This document shows positions 26,046 to 36,660 of a stretch of 48,611 nt of DNA, one piece after another (position 1 is the first letter of the stretch; each line of letters starts with the position of its first letter). This DNA is from an uncultured bacterium (GTDB lineage Bacteria; Latescibacterota; Latescibacteria; Latescibacterales; Latescibacteraceae), in NCBI GenBank assembly GCA_964426865.1, contig CAYRTQ010000002.1, forward strand, positions 1 to 48,611. Direction: 5' to 3'. The position numbers and the translations under genes were made by a program. The notes below the pieces were generated by a model that worked only from the letters and a program-made list of their open reading frames with translations, made no database searches and had not been told where the DNA came from.

Positions 26046-27926
26046 TCAAAAAGTCGCGCCATATTCCTTTCTCCAGAGTTCAAAAAATGTGAGCGCAAAC
26101 AGGCGCTCGCTGTTCAGACTGCTGATTGGCTGATCCTGAAGCAATCCGGCGATGAACCTGCGGTTGAATATCGTATCACGCGACCCCAATAACACCTCCA
26201 CGAAAAAATCGCGCCAGGGTCCGGCCTGAAGCCATTTCGCCAATGGAATGCAGAATCCCTGTTTCCGATGAAGATCGAACTCGGGGGGCAGCACCCGCGA
26301 GGCAAGTTTTTTCGGCAGTATCTTGCGTCCGGTAACCGAAGCTTTCAAGGTCGAAGGCACTTTGCCGAAGGCAAACTCGATGATTCGGTAATCCAGTAGC
26401 GGCGCCCGCACTTCCAGTGAATTGAGCATGCTCGCCCGATCTACTTTCACCAGGATATCATTGGCAAGGTAGTTCTCGAAGTCTGTTCGGGTGGAGCGTT
26501 GCAGCAAATCCGGAATGTCCGGTATACGGGATTGATAAATATTTTCCGCGGTCCGTGTGATCCTCCTCAGCGTGTCACGCTCCAGCAGGCGAGATCGTAG
26601 ACTCGTATCAAAATAAGAGGTGAGGAGCATTATGCCCCCTTGCTGGGCGGCGCCGAGACCCATGAGACTTTTTCGTCCCTTCATTCCGGGGGGGAGCATC
26701 CTTCCGGCAAATGCGGCGGTTTGACTTCTGATGACGGGAGGAATCCATCCCAGCCATTTTTGCATCCATAAAAGACGATTGTAATGTCCATAACCCCCAA
26801 ACAATTCATCTCCGCCATCTCCGCCCAGTGCAACGGTGCAATGATTCCGGATCAGCCGGCTCACCAGATATGTTGGAATCATCGAAGAATCCACGACCGG
26901 TTCATCGAATTGACGCGCAAGTTGGGGCAGGAGGTCAACAGAAGAGGCTTCGGCCTCCAGTTCGGTGTGATCGGTCCCGAAATTGCGCGCGATGAGCAGG
27001 GCGTGCTTTGTTTCGTCGTACTTTTCATGGCCGGGGAATCGAATGGTGAAGGTTTTGACCTTCGAAGCCGTCCGCGACGCCATGGCGGTAACCAGGCTGG
27101 AGTCGACTCCGCCGCTGAGCATGATGCCCACCGGCACATCCGCCACCATTTGCCGCCGAATCGAATCCTCAAAAAGATACTCGAATTCCTCGAGCAGTTC
27201 ATTTTCATTTATTCCGGCTTTTCCGGACGATTCACCCTCTGTCCGCGGCAATTGCCAATATCGCCAGACTGTTGATCGGCCACTGTCCAGATCAAGAACG
27301 AGCGCATGGGCGGGAGGAAGCTTATTTACTCCCCGCAGAATGCAGCGTTCCCCGGGAACGTACCCAAAAGTCAGATAACAATCCAATGCCTCATAGTCGA
27401 TATGTCTCGGGAATTCCGGATCAACCATCAACGCCTTGAGTTCCGAGGCGAAGACCATTCTCCCGTTCCTTATAAAATAAAACAGCGGCTTCTCTCCGGC
27501 CCTGTCCCGGGCGAGGAAGAGCCTGCGTTTTTCACGGTCATGGAGGGCAAATGAGAACATGCCGTTCAGGTGTTGCACGCAATCTGTTCCCCATTCCTGA
27601 TAAGCGGCTAAGATCACTTCGGTATCGCTTTGGGAGCGAAAATGATATCCTTGTCTCTCCAGGTCCCGACGCAAATCCTTGAAATTGTATATTTCGCCGT
27701 TGAAGACAATGCAAAGCCGTCCGCCAATATCCTGCATCGGTTGTTTCCCCAAAGGCGAGAGATCGATAATCGCCAGCCTTCGGTGTGCGAGACCGATACA
27801 GCCGTCCGCCGACCACCACATCCCGGCATCGTCGGGTCCGCGGTGACGTAACGTGTCCCGTTGGCGAATCAACAGGCGCGGGTCCCGGCATGAATTCCGT
27901 GAAGCAATTCCAACTATTCCACACAT
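26046..27926 (-). CDS. asnB: Asparagine synthase (glutamine-hydrolysing) family amidotransferase
   Basis: N-terminal MCGIVG (Cys2 Ntn nucleophile), the PP-loop LSGGVDSS, and 626 aa. Confidence 0.85.
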   Translation of the reverse strand: MCGIVGIASRNSCRDPRLLIRQRDTLRHRGPDDAGMWWSADGCIGLAHRRLAIIDLSPLGKQPMQDIGGRLCIVFNGEIYNFKDLRRDLERQGYHFRSQSDTEVILAAYQEWGTDCVQHLNGMFSFALHDREKRRLFLARDRAGEKPLFYFIRNGRMVFASELKALMVDPEFPRHIDYEALDCYLTFGYVPGERCILRGVNKLPPAHALVLDLDSGRSTVWRYWQLPRTEGESSGKAGINENELLEEFEYLFEDSIRRQMVADVPVGIMLSGGVDSSLVTAMASRTASKVKTFTIRFPGHEKYDETKHALLIARNFGTDHTELEAEASSVDLLPQLARQFDEPVVDSSMIPTYLVSRLIRNHCTVALGGDGGDELFGGYGHYNRLLWMQKWLGWIPPVIRSQTAAFAGRMLPPGMKGRKSLMGLGAAQQGGIMLLTSYFDTSLRSRLLERDTLRRITRTAENIYQSRIPDIPDLLQRSTRTDFENYLANDILVKVDRASMLNSLEVRAPLLDYRIIEFAFGKVPSTLKASVTGRKILPKKLASRVLPPEFDLHRKQGFCIPLAKWLQAGPWRDFFVEVLLGSRDTIFNRRFIAGLLQDQPISSLNSERLFALTFFELWRKEYGATF

Positions 27927-28300
27927 TGATTTCTCCTATTCACCTCAATCGCTAAAGCCGAGGAGGAAACTTTGACAAACGAAAGCTTCCACGGCGGACC
28001 GCATGTCGGGATAATGCGGCGGACAGTACACCTCGAATACGCCCGGCAATCCGGTGGGATTCGGAGTGAATCATTAATTGTACTGGTCATGCCGGAACCC
28101 TGGTCCGGGGATATCCGGATCGCCGCTTGCACCGAGCCCGGCGAACCGACCGATGCCATTGAACATCCAGCCCTCGAGACCCATCGCCTTGAGCATGAGC
28201 ATACCGGCATGGCATGCGATGGAAAGTTTCGATAAATTGCTCCATATCCCGGGTGAATGGTTCGTTTCATCACGTACCGACAGACCCGCCGGTCGCTTGC

Positions 28301-29593
28301 TTATTCACCATTTCTTTCCCAGCTTTCACGGGATAGGCCCGATTGAAACGGGGATTCGGCTGAATACACTTCCTCCGGAGAAGCGGCGGGATTCGAAATG
28401 GGTGGAAAGTCACGACGGGATTCGTCGAGGTTTCGATTCCCGGTAACTTCCTCCAGAACCGCATCGATCCTCCGTACAAAATATTTCCAGTCGTACTGCA
28501 GGACATTTACTCTGGCCCATTCCCCCATTCTCCGGGTCAAATGGATGTCTCCGGCCAGCATTCCCATCGCCCGTGAAAAGGCCTCCGGCTCCCCGGAAAC
28601 CAGATACCCGGTTTTGCCGTCTATCTGGCTTTCGACCGGACCGCCGCGATTGACCGCGATCACCGGTTTTGCATACGCATTCGCTTCCAGCGGGACGATG
28701 CCCCAGTCCTCGTTGAACGGTGGAAACAGGACTGCATGGCAATTGGCATACAGGTCATTCAGGACCTGGTCTGTGGGCGATATGACGAAGTCAACGTCGG
28801 AATTCATTGCGGTCATATTCTTCAACTGTTCCAGATACACCTGGCTTTTCTGGTCAACCTGCCCGGCGATAACCAGCCGGAAATGGGAATGCCCGGGATA
28901 ATGGGCTTTGAAATGCCGGAAACCCTGGAGCGCTGCTTCTATGTTCTTGGTCCACATGATCCTCCCCGCCACCAGGAAGTACGGGTCGTATTGCCCGGTC
29001 GGGCAACAGGCTTTCCAATCGATTCCGGGGTGCAGCACCTCATATCTGCCTTCCAGCCCATTGAGCAGCCCCCCCGCTTCGGCGCGGCGCAGCGTTTCAC
29101 TGCTGTTGAAAAACACATACCGGTATTTTTTCCAGCATTGCCTGTCCAACGCCTTGAAGCCGAGCGAGAACATCCGGAAGATGAGTCGTCCCGGCAGGCT
29201 GTACCGTTCGAGCGCCCGCTCCCGGTATTCTGGGTCATAAACCGGGCGTAGCGGGGTATGACAGAAGCATACCGCGGGACAGCCGCTGGTATTCCTCATG
29301 ATAAGATCCCCCAGTCCCTCACAGTGGACCAGCATGGCATTGAACGGGGAGAGGTCCACCGACTGGAAGTAAATGGTCGAGGCGGCTTTGAGAACCGAAA
29401 GAATATCTCTTTTTGTCGAGACCGGCGGTAATTCCACGGTCGGATACTTCCCCAGTTCGGGATAGGTCCCCGCGGGATGATAATGATTCGTGTAGATATG
29501 ATGCGCGAATCTGCTTCGACGGCATATCTCAAGAATAACCCGTTCGATTCCACTCGTGAGGTAAACCCAAGGATAATATTGGACGATACGCAT
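28301..29593 (-). CDS. Glycosyltransferase, GT4-like (GT-B fold)
   Basis: Start placed at MRIVQYYPW, with GGAGAGGGAG upstream. The ORF-track N-terminal 113 codons look non-coding. The E-x7-E motif is EDWGIVPLE. Confidence 0.75.
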   Translation of the reverse strand: MRIVQYYPWVYLTSGIERVILEICRRSRFAHHIYTNHYHPAGTYPELGKYPTVELPPVSTKRDILSVLKAASTIYFQSVDLSPFNAMLVHCEGLGDLIMRNTSGCPAVCFCHTPLRPVYDPEYRERALERYSLPGRLIFRMFSLGFKALDRQCWKKYRYVFFNSSETLRRAEAGGLLNGLEGRYEVLHPGIDWKACCPTGQYDPYFLVAGRIMWTKNIEAALQGFRHFKAHYPGHSHFRLVIAGQVDQKSQVYLEQLKNMTAMNSDVDFVISPTDQVLNDLYANCHAVLFPPFNEDWGIVPLEANAYAKPVIAVNRGGPVESQIDGKTGYLVSGEPEAFSRAMGMLAGDIHLTRRMGEWARVNVLQYDWKYFVRRIDAVLEEVTGNRNLDESRRDFPPISNPAASPEEVYSAESPFQSGLSRESWERNGE

Positions 29594-29775
29594 GGAAACA
29601 CTCCCTCTCCTTCCCGTGTACGACTTGAAGAAATGCAAGGAGGGCGGGCGACCGATGTATCCCGGGGCTGGATTTCCGATCACTCGGTCGCGTGCTAGGG
29701 AAATCGGAAATAGAGAGATGGATGCATTCATCTCTGGTGTCCGTATCGGTCTTCCCGCCCCTCCGGCAATCCACT

Positions 29776-30978
29776 TTAAGACGGGAGCGCGAGTTCCGGA
29801 GAGGCGGGAAACGGGGAACCATTCTTCCGCTTGATCGCTTTCCGGTAGATAGCCATCAACTTTTGGTAATGAACCTCTCCGCTGTATTCGCGAACCGCTT
29901 TTTCCCGTCCCATTCTCCCCATCTCCCGGCATCGTCGTGGGTCATTCCAGAGGAGTTGCATGGCCTCCGCCAGTTCTTCCGCATTCCCGGGCTGAAACAG
30001 GAGGCCGGTTACCCCGTCGTCCACGATTTCCGGCAATCCTCCGATATTCGACGCCACCACCGGGAGGCCATGCGCCATCGCTTCCAGGATTACCATGGGA
30101 AACATTTCGAACCATTCGCTCGGGACAACGGTCAGGCGCGCATTCCGCAGAAGGGAGACTACCCGGGCGTGATCCAGAAAACCGGTGAATACCACATTTT
30201 CCGGTGCACGCATTTTCCGGTTTCCCATTCCGGAAGCATCTCCGGCGATACGGATGGGGATGCCGGTCCTCCGGGCCGCTTCGATGAGACAGGGTACTCC
30301 TTTTTTCGGGGTGACTTGCCCCAGGTAGGCGATATACCCACCATCGCCGGGGTCCGCCGGGATCTCGGGGATCTCGGTTGAATTGGGCAGAACCGCCATG
30401 CGGCTTTCCGGAATCCCGGTCTCGGTCAGCTTGCGTTTCGCGAATCGGGTCAGCGCGATAAACGTGGTGATATTGTCCCGGAAAGCGCCGGTCATCCGCG
30501 CCAGTGCGGAACGAAGCGCATAGGCCGCGCTCTCCAATCGGCTGTTTCTGCAGTTGTTGATTGCACACCAGTATTCCTTTCCCCCCGCGCACTGTTCGCA
30601 TATTCTCCCGTTGCGGAAAACATCGCCGATCGGGCACAGCAGCCGGAAGTTGTGGCAGCGCATCACCACCGGCGTCCCGTTTTTCCCGCACTCCGCGAGA
30701 ACCGCGGGGGAGATCAGGGGAAAGATATTATGTATTTCGACAATGTCCGGATGCTCTTTCCGGAGTAGATGACGCATGCGCTGAACGGAGCCGGGGTTGT
30801 ACACGCCGCTGACAAATGCGGCAAGCCTGCCCGCCGGGTTGCGGGGCAGATCTCCGCTGCTGCGGAAATACTCCAGCACGCGCTCTCCGCGGCCCCTCAG
30901 GAGACTGACCGTGTAATCTACTACCGTTTCCTCTCCGCTCCTGATCCGGTACCGGTTGTGGACTTGAAGTATTTTCAT
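29776..30978 (-). CDS. Glycosyltransferase, GT4 family
   Basis: MKILQVHNRY.. The E-x7-E motif is EMFPMVILEAMAHGLPVVAS. Confidence 0.8.
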   Translation of the reverse strand: MKILQVHNRYRIRSGEETVVDYTVSLLRGRGERVLEYFRSSGDLPRNPAGRLAAFVSGVYNPGSVQRMRHLLRKEHPDIVEIHNIFPLISPAVLAECGKNGTPVVMRCHNFRLLCPIGDVFRNGRICEQCAGGKEYWCAINNCRNSRLESAAYALRSALARMTGAFRDNITTFIALTRFAKRKLTETGIPESRMAVLPNSTEIPEIPADPGDGGYIAYLGQVTPKKGVPCLIEAARRTGIPIRIAGDASGMGNRKMRAPENVVFTGFLDHARVVSLLRNARLTVVPSEWFEMFPMVILEAMAHGLPVVASNIGGLPEIVDDGVTGLLFQPGNAEELAEAMQLLWNDPRRCREMGRMGREKAVREYSGEVHYQKLMAIYRKAIKRKNGSPFPASPELALPS

Positions 30979-31976
30979 GTGCCGGCCTCCTGACCCTTTT
31001 CAAAGAGGTTTCTTTCCTTGCGGAATTCGTACCCCTTGAAAAAGAGTTTCTGAGAAAAAAATCGCAGAGATACATGGCGCAGGGTCTGACGGGTATAGGC
31101 GACCGACCGCTGAAGCAGGCATCTTCTCCCCAGTGTCTCCGCGCGGTTGCCGGTCTTTTCGGCCCAGAGGAACTTCGGCACGTTGATCAGTATCGCCTGC
31201 CCGATCCGCGCCACGCAGACCAGCAAATTGAAGGCAATCCCATACTGCCGGAAATCCCGTAAAGCGAAATTCTGACCGTAGACCTGCGATTTCCAGATCA
31301 TGTAATCATTGGTGAGGCGATACTCCGGGATCATATGATTGACCACCGCGAAGGGGGTATACCAAGCTTCAAAGCCATGCTTCAGGAGTCTCCGGAAAAG
31401 ATCGAGATCAGACCCCCCTTCCTTGAGTGTAGAATCGAAGGGACCGATTTTATCGAGCAGCGATCTCTTCAGCATAAGATTACCGGTTCCCAGAGTATGA
31501 CGATAATCGCAGCGCGCATTTTTATCCCGCCCCACCGTTTCGCCCAGAAGTGAATAGCATACCGGCGGAAGGCGGCGGTAGACCTCCGGATCCAGGATCA
31601 GCCGGACTGCTCCCCCCACACAGGGGGCGCCGGTTTTCGTCGCCAAGGCCAGGAGTTCTTTCAGCCAGTTCGGCTCCGCCAGTTGATCGTCGTCGAAAAA
31701 GGCGATCCAGGTCCCGGAGGATTCACGAATTCCCCGATTTCTCGCTTCCGCCACTCCCTTTCCGCTCTCCCGGATATACCGCAGGGGTATGGGTGAACTC
31801 TCTGCCGCCCGGGCAACGGTAGCCGGGGTATCATCCGTGGATCCATCGTCGACGACGACGATCTCGTAGGTAAACACTCCATCCGCTTCCTGTCTCATCA
31901 GGCTTCCGAGCGCGGGAAGGAGCATTCCCGACCGGTTGAATGTTCCAACGACAACACTGATATCAGGCTTTTCCAT
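30975..31976 (-). CDS. Glycosyltransferase, GT2 family
   Basis: ISVVVGTFNR..VVDDGSTDDT.. and the DxD-type motif FFDDDQ. Confidence 0.8.
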   Translation of the reverse strand: MEKPDISVVVGTFNRSGMLLPALGSLMRQEADGVFTYEIVVVDDGSTDDTPATVARAAESSPIPLRYIRESGKGVAEARNRGIRESSGTWIAFFDDDQLAEPNWLKELLALATKTGAPCVGGAVRLILDPEVYRRLPPVCYSLLGETVGRDKNARCDYRHTLGTGNLMLKRSLLDKIGPFDSTLKEGGSDLDLFRRLLKHGFEAWYTPFAVVNHMIPEYRLTNDYMIWKSQVYGQNFALRDFRQYGIAFNLLVCVARIGQAILINVPKFLWAEKTGNRAETLGRRCLLQRSVAYTRQTLRHVSLRFFSQKLFFKGYEFRKERNLFEKGQEAGT

Positions 31977-33304
31977 TACGACGGATCTCCTCTGAATCGG
32001 TATGGTTCGCGGAATCCCAGAAAAACCAGCACATGGAAGAAAGCCAGCGTATAAAAACTGTGGTTGATCGGGGATGATTCGAGGGTGGATTGAAACATGC
32101 AGAAGATGAGCAGCACGATAATAAAGCCGTACCCGGTATAGCCCGTCGAATGATAGTACTGTATCGCGCGGCGAATCCCCCCCAGGATGATGGAGACATA
32201 GAGGAGCAGACCGATGAGTCCCAGAGCGAGAAATATCTCCATATACATGGAGTGAGCGGTTCCCACCCCTTCCCTCAGGCTTTCTCCCCAGTTCTGGTTA
32301 ATGGATATCTGCTCAATCCGCTCCGGGGTCCAGAATCCGCCGTACCCGAACCCCAGCAGCGGTATCTTTGCCTGGTCGACACTCGACAGGCAGGCCGACC
32401 AGAGCGATGTCCTTCCATTGAGGGTAAGGTTGGTGGTCTGGTCTCTGCCGAGAGAAGCGCCATGCATGACTGAAGGGAGCAGCGCGCCGCCAAACAACAG
32501 GAAGAGGAGCGCAACGATGCTGATTGAGAGTATCAGGCCGTGTTTGCGGAAATTCGGCGATTTGATAATCCGGAATGCGATGAACGCAATGACCATGCTC
32601 ATGAAGCTGGTCCGCGATTTGGTCAGAATGAGAAAAACCGCGGCAATTCCCGCAGCCGAGGAAAGAAAGAATCTGCCGAAACGTTCCCGTGTCTCCGCGC
32701 GGAGAGCGAGCGCGGAGAAAACGATGAGCACGCATTGGATGGATTGCATGTTGGGATGGAGCGTGCCGTGGAAACGGTATTCCGGGCTGAATGGAAGAAA
32801 TGTATGCGTGGAAAGTTCGGAGATAAGTCCGATGACAAGTAGTATCCCGGATGTCAGGAAAACGACCCATATGATCTGACGGAGTTGGAGGCGCTTGCAA
32901 AACGCGGCGGCGGTCAGGCAGAAGGCGGCCAGAACGACCAGTCTCCTGAAGGTCAGGGCGACATCCTCCGCCCACAGGATGCTCAGTCCGGTCCAGCCAA
33001 GGAACAGGAGCATTATCAGCCCATACCCGTCTTTCAGGGACAAGCGGTATCCCCCTCCGCGCAGCAGCGCGATGCATGCGAACAGGCCCATCAGGAGAAA
33101 GGACATGCGCCGGGGGAAACTGCCCTCGGCGGTGCGGTTCACCACATCGTCAAGTTTGGTCCCTATGCTTTCACTGACCGTGTAGGAAAGGTCGTGTTCG
33201 GCAAGGAAGAAAACCGCCACCACGAAAAGGGAGGCAATCCATGGAACCGCGGCATCGGAATAGAAGCCCGTATCATCTCTGCGGTGAGGAATACCATTTC
33301 CCAT
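31976..33304 (-). CDS. O-antigen ligase/polymerase-like (Wzy_C-type) membrane protein
   Basis: Polytopic membrane protein. The loop motif GRTSLWSACL..IPLLGFGYGGFW fits the R..W...P..G.G.G.F pattern of the O-antigen ligase family. Start chosen at the Met with GAGGAG 8 nt upstream (the ORF opens at 33334). Confidence 0.7.
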   Translation of the reverse strand: MGNGIPHRRDDTGFYSDAAVPWIASLFVVAVFFLAEHDLSYTVSESIGTKLDDVVNRTAEGSFPRRMSFLLMGLFACIALLRGGGYRLSLKDGYGLIMLLFLGWTGLSILWAEDVALTFRRLVVLAAFCLTAAAFCKRLQLRQIIWVVFLTSGILLVIGLISELSTHTFLPFSPEYRFHGTLHPNMQSIQCVLIVFSALALRAETRERFGRFFLSSAAGIAAVFLILTKSRTSFMSMVIAFIAFRIIKSPNFRKHGLILSISIVALLFLLFGGALLPSVMHGASLGRDQTTNLTLNGRTSLWSACLSSVDQAKIPLLGFGYGGFWTPERIEQISINQNWGESLREGVGTAHSMYMEIFLALGLIGLLLYVSIILGGIRRAIQYYHSTGYTGYGFIIVLLIFCMFQSTLESSPINHSFYTLAFFHVLVFLGFREPYRFRGDPS

Positions 33305-34607
33305 CAGACACTCCTCTGGTTGTCCTGCGGGCAAGCAGGGCGAATGAAAAGCATAAGAGCGAAGACGAAGTGATGCTGGAGATGATCAGGGCGAACGCCG
33401 CCCCCATCAGCCCGAAGTGCTTGACAAGAAAGAATCCGGTTGCCGCCAGGACAAAGAGAGAGATGAGATTGACCGCGCAATCCACATCCGGGCGGTTCAT
33501 GACGAACAGGGCTCGTGAAGATGCGACTCCGGCGGACATGATGACGAGATTGGTCCCGAGAGCGGGTATAATCTCTTCATTTCCGGAATACTTCTGACCA
33601 TAGAACACCTTCAGAAAATCGTCGCCGAACACGACGAGTATGAGCAGAAAGAACAGCATGCTGGCAGTGAAAACGGCGCTTATGCCGAATATGAACCGGG
33701 TCAGTCCCTGAATTCCCGACCGGGCGTAAAAGTGGGAGATTCTCGGGCTCAGAAAGTTCTGCATGCCCATGAACAGCGGGTTTCCCAGTGCGGCTACACC
33801 CATACAGGCGGACCATACGCCCACCATGCCCGCTCCCCAGAAGGCGGCCAGTATCCAGGAATAGGAATTCATGCCGAATGACCATGCGATTCCGCTGGCA
33901 AGTATCCATCGGCCCTGCTTCCAGTTGTCGCGAAAATCCCGGAGCGCCTGTTTCGGCTGAAAAGTCAAGGTTCGACGGTTCGCGGCGAGCCAGTAAACGG
34001 ATGTACTCCCGCAGGCGATCCCCATTATCCAGAAGGCGTTGCCGGGAGACAAAAGACCGAACAGTCCGAAAATGAAAAGACCCGACAACTGCAGGAACCC
34101 CGCTGCGATATCGAACGCCAGGGCTTTTTTGATCTGAAGTCTTGCAAAACAGAGTTGCCGGACGAATTCCTTGAAGAGTATGAAGGTCAGGGTTATGGTC
34201 AAGACCTTGATTACGGGAATAAATTCCTGGTGAAAATGGTAAAGGGGGAGAAACCACCATGTCAGCGAGAGGAGCAGCGCGAATATCCCGCAGAAACTCA
34301 TCTGATGCACAAGAGTGCTGCTCATGTATTGAAAATGGTCTTCCCCCTGGAGTTTCGGACTGCGTATCATGAAAGGAAGCGTTATGAGACTGGTCTGCAA
34401 TCCGATCATGAATAGCACGATGCTGTAATTGAGAGAAAAAAGGCCGAAATCTTCCCGGGAGCAAACCCGCCCGATAATTACCATGGTGAGAAAGGTTACA
34501 ACGCTGACCACACCCTGGTCAATGATTGCGAATATCCCGCTTTTGGCTTGGATTCCGGTGAGAAGCTTCGTCAGTCCACTCCCGCCCCCTGTCTGCGTAA
34601 ATTCCAT
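33273..34607 (-). CDS. Wzx-type polysaccharide flippase (MOP superfamily), copy 1
   Basis: 444 aa, about 12-14 TM. It is colinear with the 37118..38368 protein (..[31 protein letters not shown]..). Its start overlaps the 3' end of the deacetylase ORF by 89 nt. Confidence 0.7.
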   Translation of the reverse strand: MEFTQTGGGSGLTKLLTGIQAKSGIFAIIDQGVVSVVTFLTMVIIGRVCSREDFGLFSLNYSIVLFMIGLQTSLITLPFMIRSPKLQGEDHFQYMSSTLVHQMSFCGIFALLLSLTWWFLPLYHFHQEFIPVIKVLTITLTFILFKEFVRQLCFARLQIKKALAFDIAAGFLQLSGLFIFGLFGLLSPGNAFWIMGIACGSTSVYWLAANRRTLTFQPKQALRDFRDNWKQGRWILASGIAWSFGMNSYSWILAAFWGAGMVGVWSACMGVAALGNPLFMGMQNFLSPRISHFYARSGIQGLTRFIFGISAVFTASMLFFLLILVVFGDDFLKVFYGQKYSGNEEIIPALGTNLVIMSAGVASSRALFVMNRPDVDCAVNLISLFVLAATGFFLVKHFGLMGAAFALIISSITSSSLLCFSFALLARRTTRGVSDGKWYSSPQR

Positions 34608-35370
34608 GTGCCTCCCCTGTATTCGGGCCGCCCCAATCCCGTAGATTCCTCATCCATGTTCCCCATTCGCATGCCTTCAGGGAGAAGCGAAAGAGGCTGT
34701 CACCGGTATACACCGCAAAACGTTCCAGGCAGAATCTCGAGTTTTCCGACTGGTGGGCGGCCAGAGCATAGTCATATCCCATGGACTCCACTATTCTCAT
34801 CAAATCACGGGTGAAGGCGCCATACGGATAGGAAAGCAATTTCGTTGTCACACCGAGCGAATCCTCGATCCGTTTGTGCGCATTCCCGATCTCTTCACTT
34901 GCCCGCGCATTATCCAGCCTGGTCAGGTCCGGGTGGGTGAAGGTATGATTCGCGAACCGGATGCCGTATTTCATCATCTCCCGGGCATGCGACCAGTCCA
35001 TGAGCCTGGCCGGGTATTGTCTGTGCCACGCGCTCAGCTTTCCCATCAAGTGCGGTACAATGAACACGGTCGCCGTTATTTCGTGCCGCAGAAGCAGCGG
35101 GAATGCTTCCGTGAAGGTACCCAGATATCCGTCATCGAAGGTTATGGAAACACAGTTTCTTTCCAGTGGAATCTTGCCGGACTTCATCGCCAGGGCGACA
35201 TCGAGATCCACTATCCTGTAATGATTCTCCTTGAGAAATTGCAGTTGCGCCTCAAAACTTTGGGGAGGTATCGAAAGCCCCGCCAGACCGTACTGCGACG
35301 CCTTCGGTTCGATACGGTGATAGAGAAGAATCGGAATTTCCCGGAAGGGGAGTATCCGGAAAGTAGACAT
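34519..35370 (-). CDS. Polysaccharide deacetylase (NodB/CE4 family)
   Basis: ILLYHRI.. and the NodB motif ITFDDGY. ..[11 protein letters not shown] provides the His motifs. Start chosen at MSTFRIL; alternatives are 35382 and 35412. Confidence 0.8.
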   Translation of the reverse strand: MSTFRILPFREIPILLYHRIEPKASQYGLAGLSIPPQSFEAQLQFLKENHYRIVDLDVALAMKSGKIPLERNCVSITFDDGYLGTFTEAFPLLLRHEITATVFIVPHLMGKLSAWHRQYPARLMDWSHAREMMKYGIRFANHTFTHPDLTRLDNARASEEIGNAHKRIEDSLGVTTKLLSYPYGAFTRDLMRIVESMGYDYALAAHQSENSRFCLERFAVYTGDSLFRFSLKACEWGTWMRNLRDWGGPNTGEAHGIYADRGREWTDEASHRNPSQKRDIRNH

Positions 35371-35427
35371 ACGTAACCTCATGAATGAATTTCCGTTTTC
35401 GCTGCCTGGCAACCGCCGCGCTTGGAC

Positions 35428-36201
35428 CTACACCGCGCCTCTCCGGGAGAGGACCGCGGGAATGGTCCCGAGGAGTATCCGGAAATCGAGCGCCGGAGAC
35501 CGCCTTCTCACATATTTCAGATCCAGCCGCATCCAGGAATCGAATCCGCTCCGGTCCCGCGCGAGGATCTGCCATAAGCAGGTGATTCCCGGGTGTACAT
35601 CGAGACGGCTCCGTTGCCAGTGCTGGCATCCATCGTTCTCTTCCACCGGCAATGGACGGGGTCCGACCAGGCTGATATCCCCGATCAGGACATTGTACAA
35701 TTGCGGAAGCTCATCGATGCTCCACCGTCTCAGGAATCTTCCCACGGGGGTGATCCGGGGATCGTTGGTCATCTTGAACGCGGGTCCTCTCCGCTCGTTA
35801 TACTGACGGAGCGCTTGCTGCATGACGTCTGCATTTACACACATGGAACGGAATTTGTAGAAGGTGAACGGACGGGAGTGAAATCCCGCCCGTTTCTGAC
35901 GGAAGAAAACGGGTCCCGGAGAGGTGCATTTGATCGTGATCGCGACCAGCGCCATGAGGGGAAACAAGAGCGCAAGGCCGATAACCGCTCCGATGATATC
36001 CATGCCCCTTTTCCATAGGGGAATACCATCGCCCAGGAGGTCAAGGAATTCCCATTCGGTATGGATCATTCCCGGGCGGAACGTATGAAGGACGGCTGGC
36101 CGGGTGAAGATGTACGGGGTATATTCCCCGGAGGAGTACTGGATTTCCACTTTCTCTTCAGCCACGGCGCCGTCAGCTCCCAAAACCGAAGGATTTGACA
36201 T
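35428..36201 (-). CDS. Priming sugar-phosphate transferase (bacterial sugar transferase family, small one-TM type)
   Basis: [23 protein letters not shown], followed by [27 protein letters not shown] and SLVGPRP. Confidence 0.85.
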   Translation of the reverse strand: MSNPSVLGADGAVAEEKVEIQYSSGEYTPYIFTRPAVLHTFRPGMIHTEWEFLDLLGDGIPLWKRGMDIIGAVIGLALLFPLMALVAITIKCTSPGPVFFRQKRAGFHSRPFTFYKFRSMCVNADVMQQALRQYNERRGPAFKMTNDPRITPVGRFLRRWSIDELPQLYNVLIGDISLVGPRPLPVEENDGCQHWQRSRLDVHPGITCLWQILARDRSGFDSWMRLDLKYVRRRSPALDFRILLGTIPAVLSRRGAV

Positions 36202-36660
36202 GGTTGCACCTGCCTGTCTGAAACGGACTTGTTCCGCTGGATGCGACGGTCAGATTTTTCCGCGGAAACGATCCGGAAAATGGTGTTGAAAGTGTGCTCA
36301 ATATTGCACAAGAACCTCATGCTGACCGGTTACGGATACAAGAATATCTGCATCGGAATATCAAGGAAAAGAAAGGCGCGCCTCGAATCATGAGATGGCT
36401 TCGCCCTGTTGTCGGCAGTTGATGGCCGGCTGCAACCGGGAAAGCCGGAAGACCGCTGTCGCGAACTTGTTGAATCACCGGAAGTTCGCAGTCAGACCGC
36501 ACACTGGTTTCATGTTTTCTTCGGCGGGACGAATCCCGGTATAGTCATTTTTCTCAGTGCAGATGCCGTGATGGTTTCCCGGTGAGATGACCCATGCCGG
36601 ATTCAGGGAATGAAAAGTGTGGAAAGGAAAGATGCGTATTCATGAAAGTCCTCCCGAATG

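Noticed and set aside
26046-27926. Idea that AsnB plus the Cys-His lipoproteins form a lasso-peptide (cyclase plus leader peptidase) cluster
   Set aside because: AsnB keeps the N-terminal Cys2 glutaminase nucleophile and full length typical of true amidotransferases. It sits inside a glycosyltransferase operon. The lipoproteins are exported and 12 kb away. No plausible precursor with a Thr(-2)/Gly1...Asp/Glu core was found.
27914-28273. 119-aa minus-strand ORF overlapping the asnB start
   Set aside because: It has C/S/R/G-rich shadow-like composition, no SD and overlaps asnB by 13 nt. A different frame in the same gap looks more protein-like (see finding).
29594-29932. Long N-terminal ORF extensions in the track (28301..29932; also 3480..3620, 17449..17661, 40852..40950, 46150..46380, 37031..37117)
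   Set aside because: The extensions lack homology to the family. They precede internal Met codons that have SD sequences and/or signal peptides, or align with a paralogue. Starts were moved accordingly.
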